Assembly (NCBI GenBank): GCA_964016885.1
Contig: OZ024745.1
Span: forward strand, 128,774,001 to 128,838,000
Source of the DNA: Eledone cirrhosa
Taxonomy: Eukaryota
Length of the DNA: 64,000 nucleotides
Direction: 5' to 3'
Shown: piece after piece, positions 52,144 to 64,000 of the stretch
How the letters are laid out: each line of letters starts with the position of its first letter
Position numbering within the stretch: the stretch's first letter is position 1
Position numbers and translations under genes: made by a program
The notes under the pieces: model-generated
What the model was told of the DNA's origin: nothing
Database searches by the model: none
The model's input: the letters and a program-made list of their open reading frames with translations, nothing else

Positions 52144-52311
52144 TACAACATAGGGTAGTGGATTGGCAGTATTGGTGGAGCGTCAGGCACCCTTCTGCAC
52201 AGCATAGAGTTTCGTCCCTTTACGCTCTGAGTTCAAATCTCGGATTTGGATTTGAATGGGATCACTGGTTAAAATATGAGACTTGGTGGTGTAGGGGGTC
52301 ATTGGTTACAG

Positions 52312-52504
52312 CAGGGATATCAAACATGCGGCCCTTTACAAGCACATGTTTTTACAGCGCGAGCATGTTTTATCTTCGTAGAAATTAGTTGTAAAGTGCT
52401 CAATTAGTTGTCGTGTGTGGCCCTAAGACAACACGTATGTGACCCGTGTGGTCCTCAGACAACACATATGTGGCCCCCGGGGGACCCTCAGTTTGACATG
52501 CCTG
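52312..52504. mobile_element. hAT-type MITE
   Basis: CAGGGATATCAAAC...GTTTGACATGCCTG; perfect 8 bp TSD ggttacag; homologous to 43767-43947. Confidence 0.9.
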
Positions 52505-52983
52505 GGTTACAGTAAATGATTTGATGTGAGGCACTGCTTAAGACATGTGGTTTGATGGGAGTTACTAATTATTATAGGTGACTTATTGGGAGTCAGTAAT
52601 TAAGGTAGGTGGGGAGGCCAATGTAGTTATTGCAATTGAAGCCTGCTCTGGTCTTAAAGATATTTGGTTCTTGATACGTTGTTTGTGGTTAAATTGAAAG
52701 AAAACTGGCAAAACTTTGTAGTTGTTAATAGCACCTCCGCCCTCCTATCGTGACACCACACCCAACAATCAACACCATCACCCCTTTGTGTCTAAGTCTG
52801 TTTCTTTGTGTAATGAATGTGTGTGTGTGTGTGTGTCTCTCTCTACCTCTCTCTCTCTTTCTCTCCCCCTCTCTCTCTCTCTCTCTCTGTATATATATCT
52901 ATCAGATAGTGTGGTAAAAAACCAGGTGGGCCATCTAGCTGTCGAAACGACCGGAGCTCAGCTGTCGGGGTCCTGAATCTTTC

Positions 52984-53034
<51 letters not shown>

Positions 53035-53086
53035 GTATGTGGTTGATTGCTGAGAGAAAGGAGTACTCAATACCGAAGTAGAGAAC

Positions 53087-53139
53087 TCTTGTCTGATGGT
53101 CATTCTGTGATAAACAGGCGAAACTCCAGAGTAACAAGA
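53087..53139 (+). ncRNA. Degenerate type I hammerhead (CUGAUGG)
   Basis: tcttgt-CTGATGG-..ctgt/acag..-GAAA-ctccagagta^acaaga; 6 bp stem I. Confidence 0.62.
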
Positions 53140-53163
53140 CTCACTTTTTAACCTTAATGTAAA

Positions 53164-53212
<49 letters not shown>

Positions 53213-53543
53213 CTGTGTGTGTGTGTACTTGTAAGAAGTTCTCACAGTGTCCTTGCTGCCAGAGTTTATAAAAATACTGCTTTTCACATTACCTAATATA
53301 ATTGGTCTGGGTGGTGACTGGACGAGGTTGGGGTGATGCTGTGTTGTAGTAGTAGTAAGAAATGGGATGTGGTGGACCCCCTCCTTCCTCACACATCCCT
53401 CTCCTCTGTCATTATCTCTTCCCCCCCCCCCATCATTATTGCCGCCGCCGCTAATGCAGTTCTGCTATGTCATTTCTGTTTATTTAAATACAACTTTAAT
53501 ACACGCACACGCATACATACATACACACACGCATACACGCACG

Positions 53544-53574
<31 letters not shown>

Positions 53575-54082
53575 ACAGATGCACACACACTGTAGTTGCT
53601 GAAAGCTTTTCCCCTCTCCACAAAAAAATAATTATTCCTATTTTTCTCCTGAATATATATAAACTTTGTTTCACCCACACCTATATTCATTTGGTTTCGG
53701 GGATTTATGTAAATAAATATTCTGACATTATTACATCTACGTTATTATTGGTGGTATTATAGTCAATTAGATTTCTTTTGTATAACAACAGCTCCTTACG
53801 TGATGTTTGCTGAGGTGGACAAAACCGCCTCAGTGTGAGTGTGTGTCCGTGAAACTATACATATACACCGGGTCCCAACACAAAGGAACCAAACTACCAC
53901 TGTCACTAGCCTCCGTCTCTCCCGCTTTCCTTATCTCTCACTATTATGAGAAAATGGGGTCCCACGCGTTAGCTGACCCGTGGCCCCAGGGGACAGAATA
54001 GAGAAGGCGTTTCTCCGGAGGATGCCGATTGTTGTGAGTAGAGAGGTGTCCCTAGGTGCCAAGACACCAGAAGTCTCCACTG

Positions 54083-54400
54083 CAGATTTCTCTTGTATAA
54101 CAACAATTTCCTAGGTCATTTTGGTGATATTATAGTCAATTAAATTTCTCTTGTATAACAATTTATAGTCAAATAGATTTCTCTTGTATAACAACTTGTT
54201 ACGTTATTGTTGGTGGTATTATAGTCAGATTTCTCTTGTATAACAACTTGTTACGTTATTGTTGGTGGTATAATAGTCAGATTTCTCTTGTATAACAACT
54301 TGTTACGTTATTGTTGGTGGTATTATAGTCAGATTTCTCTTGTATAACAACTTGTTACGTTATTGTTGTAGTCAATCAGATTTCTCTTGTGTAACAACAA
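54083..54400. repeat. ~52 bp minisatellite
   Basis: Unit atagtcagatttctcttgtataacaacttgttacgttattgttggtggtatt; a further unit at about 53737-53790. Confidence 0.88.
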
Positions 54401-54847
54401 TTTCTTTAGTTGGTCTTCTTGTTGATGAGCTTGTTATTTCAGTGTGAACTTGTTTCATTCCCACTGTGTGTACTTCGTCTTTGGTCACTGGCTATAGGTG
54501 TGTACCTCCACTTTGGTGTCGGATAGGATTGGTCACCTTTCTAGTTTTATAGATATTTTTTATTGTCTTTGTACTTGTTCTCACCCTATCTCAATGTGCC
54601 ATTATGTGTGTATTATTTCTTTTCTGTGTTTTTATTTCTGTGTTGGTGACAAATCAGAATTACTATATTATACATAATAAAGAAACGATTTGTTATTATT
54701 ATTAGTATTATTATTATTATGGAATAAAAAAAAGATTATTATTGTAAATTAAATGTTCTTTTTGCTTCTCCAAAACTATTTCTATTTAAGATAACAGTAA
54801 TAATAAAACTATTAGTGTTGTTATTACTAATACAACTATTACCATCG

Positions 54848-54913
<66 letters not shown>

Positions 54914-55179
54914 TAATGTGCATTTAATTCGCATTTAACACTTGTTAATACATTATTTATAAAGCAAACTCCCGCACATCAAACGTACACCCTCTACCGC
55001 CCTTCATGTAAATTTTCTTATTTTTATCATTGAGCCATATAAATGAAGAAGCTTCATTCATTCCAGTTATAGCTTTAGAACAACTTTGCATTGGAATGTT
55101 TCTTTTAAAATGCAGCACGATTTCCCAATTGTACTGTTTATATTCTCTCTATCTATTCTGCAAAATAAACACATACATA

Positions 55180-55345
55180 GGTGTGGGTATGACTGCATGG
55201 TTAAAATGTTGGCTTGGTAGCCACGTCATTCTGGTTTGAGTCCCACTGCGCGGCACTAGGGCCAAGTGTGTGTATTCTACTATAGCCTCGAGTTGGCTAG
55301 TGATGTATGAGTGAAATTTGGTAGGCGGAAAACTGCCCCGTCGCA
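55180..55345 (+). mobile_element. Degenerate tRNA-derived SINE (fourth family)
   Basis: A-box-like tgactgcatggtt, B-box-like ggtttgagtccc, 3' gagtgaaatttggtaggcggaaaactg. Confidence 0.55.
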
Positions 55346-55465
55346 TATGTATGCATATGTGTTTGTCTCTGTAATTTCCCGTAATATAAGTACCGGACTT
55401 GATATCAATCTCTCTCTGTATGTATATATGTATGTATATATATATATATATATACACACGCACAC

Positions 55466-55615
55466 AATAAACAACACAATATAATTATTCCATTACCAAA
55501 GGTTTCAGGAAACTAGACGACCTTAACATCTGATGAGCGTACTGGACGTTTCTGTTAGGATCGTCTAGTTTCCTGAAACCTTTGGTAATGGAATAATTAT
55601 ATTGTGTTGTTTATT
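55466..55615. repeat. Fold-back palindrome (~63 bp arms) containing a hammerhead
   Basis: 55466-55528 versus 55553-55615, near-perfect. Confidence 0.92.
55527..55590 (+). ncRNA. Type I hammerhead-like motif
   Basis: cat-CTGATGA-38 nt-GAAA-cctttggta^atg. Confidence 0.62.
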
Positions 55616-56039
55616 ATGTAATTAAATTTTCATACACTTAATTAACATGTATGAGCGACCTTAGGTTTCGCAGTTATGGCCACCGCTGTATAGTGACGCC
55701 AGAGCAAAATTACGAAAAACATTTTCACGTATTCTGCACACGCACGCGCGCGCACACACACATTAAGGTCTATGTCATCAAAGCGGTGCCCCCAGCATGC
55801 CCACTTTCTAATCACTGAAATCAAAATACTAAATAAAGGAAAAAGAAGGCAAACTGGCTGTGTGAGGTGGAGAAGGGTAGTGGACTGTCGACTGTGTCAT
55901 TATGAGTTTAACCAAGACATTTTGATTATGTCCAGTTTAGGACAACCTACTTGAAATCGACTGGCAATTAATATAGAAATGTAAAATAGACCCAAGGACG
56001 TGTGTGTTCTCTAGTAGACACATATGTTGCTCATATAAA

Positions 56040-56215
56040 GCCGTGGCTTAGTGGTTAAGGTATTGTGCTCACGATCCTGGTGTCGTGAGTTCAAATCCCG
56101 TACCGGGAAACCCGTTGTGTCCTTGAGAAAGACACTTTATTTCACGTTGATCTATCTTACTTAGCTGTATAAGATGAGTTGTACCTGTAATTTAAAGGGC
56201 CAGCCTTGACACAGT
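56040..56215 (+). mobile_element. CORE-type SINE
   Basis: TGGCTTAGTGG A box, GAGTTCAAATCC B box, CORE. Confidence 0.8.
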
Positions 56216-56439
56216 GCTTGACTCAAAAGGTTCTTCTCCCTGATTAGATAGATCCTTCGATTTTTGTTAAAACGTCAAGCGTCGGTTATGCATTTCTGGT
56301 CACATAGCTAATAAATTATAGTAAACCTGTGCAACATCTTTAGGCAAGTTTCTGACATTCACCAAGAGCCCATTGCGACCTTTAGGTAGTGCCAGCTTTC
56401 TAAAGCTTGTCTTAAAAAAAAACAATGAAAACACATACA

Positions 56440-56750
56440 GAGCTGTTCTGATAGACAACGAGTCGTAAGTGGCGGATAGCCACACGGCCGCCAGATATGA
56501 TGGTTAGTTGCAATATAAGCGGGCAGTAGCCGGACGAATAAGCAACCCCGGACAAACAGTGGTAAGTTACTAGGGGAGATGGAGCAATTGGTGACACTTT
56601 TAGCTTCCAAGAAAATTCTCACAACCCATGCTATGACGAGGCGAGTAAAGGCCGCCGTCTGAAATAAGCCGTCTTCGTGGGTTTGAGAAAGTACCAGATT
56701 GGTGACTGTCGCGAATAAGACAACTAGCAACTGCAATATGTCGAGAGGTA
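56440..56750 (+). pseudogene. Possible highly degenerate RTE RT fragment
   Basis: Frameshifted pieces LIDNES*VADS, AVAGRIS and LVTLLASK in the same order as SIEIVDT, TVARVR and LIPLLATK of the 20548 ORF. Confidence 0.4.
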
Positions 56751-57080
56751 CACAACAGCAAGTAAATATCAGTGCACATTCAAAATAGAAATATAACCTG
56801 CAATATTTGTGTCATTATATTTTTGTTCTATTTAGTTTTCAAGTTAAAATTTACTCTTTTAAAAAAAGCAACAACTAAAAAACCGCATGATGCCTCCCAC
56901 ACATCCGCTTCTTTCACATCTAAAATATAAAAATAAATCGTTCTTTACATCATTAAGCAGGCAAACCAAAAACATTACAAAAAAAAAAAAAAGCGTTTAT
57001 TTTCTCTCTTCTTCAGTTTCGTAATATTTGAAAATATTTTTTGCACACTCAAAGTATAATTTGCTTGAACATCAACTGAT

Positions 57081-57112
<32 letters not shown>

Positions 57113-57469
57113 CACGGGCACATTTCATCTCTTAAACAAACACTACAATATTTTGTCTGCAAATGGCCGAAATAAACTAGCTCTTTACTTCAATTTAGTT
57201 ATGTTTCTTTTCTCTCTTCTCTCTGAGATTTTCTATATTCATGTTCAGTCTCACTCAACTCACTCCAGTCTCTCTCTCTCTCTCACTCACACGCATACAC
57301 ACACACACACACACACACACACAGATATATATGTAGAGTACTTGCATTTTGTTACTCCATTTTCTGGTAACAATTTCATCGGTTTCCATTTGTCGAAGAG
57401 CTATATTAGGGCACACACACACACACATACACACACACACACACACAGCGTTTATAGATCAGTGTAAGC

Positions 57470-57750
57470 ACAATGGACGAGCTGTGATATGAGAAGGTAA
57501 CGAAGCATGGACATTGATAGCGTTTGTGGGCGACGGAGCATAAATGAACCGAGACCATTTTGTGTGTTAGAGGAATCAGACGGAGCGGGTTGTGCGGAGC
57601 GTATGGAGGGTGAAAGCTTGGTAAGGAAGAAGACCCTGGCGATCAAAATGGAAGGAAACTGTGGAAGAAGACACGAGAAATGATGTAAGCGGCCCTCGGG
57701 ATGTTTAATCTCACTAATATGAAAAAGAGCTGCAACAAGTGGCGGCGAAG
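57470..57750 (+). pseudogene. Degenerate RTE C-terminal fragment
   Basis: RRSINEPR, RGIR and RMEGESLVRKKTLAIKMEGNCGR parallel RQSINELR, RGIR and RMKDDSCIKKCRAIKIDGSHG of the 20548 ORF. Confidence 0.65.
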
Positions 57751-57914
57751 GTGAGGTGGGTGTTATGTTAGTGAAGACCTATACAATTTACGAAAGCATG
57801 GGAATGGATGTAAAATAATGGTGATATATGTCTCCCCCCCCCTATCCCACATATGCATTTTCCATCTACCAGCCCCCCCTCTCTCTCTATCCACCCATAT
57901 CTCTCACTCTCTCT

Positions 57915-62410
<4,496 letters not shown>

Positions 62411-62598
62411 TGGATTGGCAGTATCGGTAGAGGGTCTGACGCTATGCTTTGCAGCAAAGAGTTACGCCCCTTTATGGTTTGAGTTCAAATCCCGCCGAGG
62501 TTAACTTTGCCTTTCATCCTTACGGGGGGTCGATAAAATAAAGTACCAGTAATGCACTGGATAATTGCTGGCCTTGTGCCAAAAGTAGAAACAATTAT
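62411..62598 (+). mobile_element. SINE family B inserted in the TA tract
   Basis: Near-full copy. Confidence 0.87.
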
Positions 62599-62715
62599 AT
62601 ATATATATATGTATATATGTGTATTATATATATATATATATGTGTATTATATATATATATATAATATATATATGTGTATAATATACACATATATATATAT
62701 ATATGTATATATGTG

Positions 62716-62753
<38 letters not shown>

Positions 62754-63040
62754 ATAATATATACATATATATATAATTTGAATCTTACCAGATGATTTGA
62801 CTACAAACTATAACTGGGGTTGCCTGAAACCTGATCGAGACTGGCTGTTAAGTAGAAAAGTTTGAAATAGCGATATACATATATATACATACATACACAC
62901 ACACATACACACCGCTTTTTCAAACTCTTTTACATATACACACACACACACGCACATATATAATATATATATATACACATACACACACACATACACATAC
63001 ATACAAATATATATATATATACACACTACACACACACAAA

Positions 63041-63080
<40 letters not shown>

Positions 63081-63085
63081 TATAT

Positions 63086-63183
<98 letters not shown>

Positions 63184-63552
63184 ACACCCTTTACTCGTGT
63201 AAATGTTTATTGTTATTTTTTCCACACGCACTACGAATAAATTTGTTTGTCTGAGTCAGCAGTGAGAAGTTGCTATAATATAATGTTTATGTATGTTGTT
63301 AGGTTAAGCTAATTACATACCCGGATACACTGCTTTTAACCTGTGTTTTATTTGGTTCGTGGTTCTTTTCTGTTTGACTACAGCGGAGAGGTGTGGTGCT
63401 GTGCTGAAGGTGGCTTGTGGTAGAGTGAGGCATGGCAAGGTTGATTGATCGGGTGGATTGTGGTGAAGTTAGATTGGTTATTTGGGGGTAGATAGATCTA
63501 AGGCGTGGAGTTGGAGTAGATTGTGGTGAAGTATGGTTTCAGGTTTGTTGTA

Positions 63553-63950
63553 GGATTGTGGTGGAGTATTTGGGTAGATCTTGGGCGGGTGGGTTGTGGT
63601 GGAGTATTTGGGTAGATCTAGGGCGGGTGGGTTGTGGTGGAGTATTTGGGTAGATCTTGGGCGGGTGGGTTGTGGTGGAGTATTTGGGTAGATCTAGGGC
63701 GGGTGGGTTGTGGTGGAGTATTTAGGTAGATCTAGGGCGGGTGGGTTGTGGTGGAGTATTTGGGTAGATCTAGGGTGGGTGGGTTGTGGTGAAGTATTTG
63801 GGTAGATCTTGGGCGGGTGGGTTGTGGTGGAGTATTTAGGTAGATCTAGAGCGGGTGGGTTGTGGTGGAGTATTTGGGTAGATCTAGGGCGAGTGGGTTG
63901 TGGTGGAGTATTTGGATAGATCTAAGGTGGGTGGGTTGTGGTGGAGCGAG
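63553..63950. repeat. 38 bp G-rich minisatellite (~10 units)
   Basis: Unit gggttgtggtggagtatttgggtagatctagggcgggt. Confidence 0.93.
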
Positions 63951-64000
63951 GCATGACTGATGGGTTGTGGTGATGTTTGGGTGGAGATAGATCTAGGGGA

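Noticed and set aside
56359-56736. 125 aa minus-strand ORF with a signal-peptide-like start
   Set aside because: Non-ATG start; better explained as the antisense of a decayed RTE fragment, though this is not certain.

Overview
Eukaryotic, very AT-rich, repeat-saturated DNA with no host protein-coding gene that I can support. The microsatellite load, CORE-type tRNA SINEs and RTE LINEs suggest an octopod cephalopod (inference). Nearly all listed ORFs are translations of simple repeats. Recognisable content: RTE-clade LINE remnants, including an RT C-terminus with YADD and an inserted C4HC3 finger (20308-21688); at least three tRNA-derived SINE families; piggyBac-, hAT- and Tc1/mariner-type MITEs; several minisatellites; and a ~4.5 kb (TA)/(TG) tract. 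The main unexpected signal, read by eye, is about 14 type I hammerhead ribozyme motifs (stem I - CUGANGA - stem II - GAAA - minimal, usually near-palindromic stem III - NUH, often followed by AATAAA). They sit in short non-coding modules beside (TA)n tracts, and several are arranged as divergent fold-back palindromes. They look like diverse Penelope pseudo-LTR or retrozyme-like elements, with unusual core variants and a five-motif cluster at 46.2-47.0 kb. None of the folds was computed or tested.
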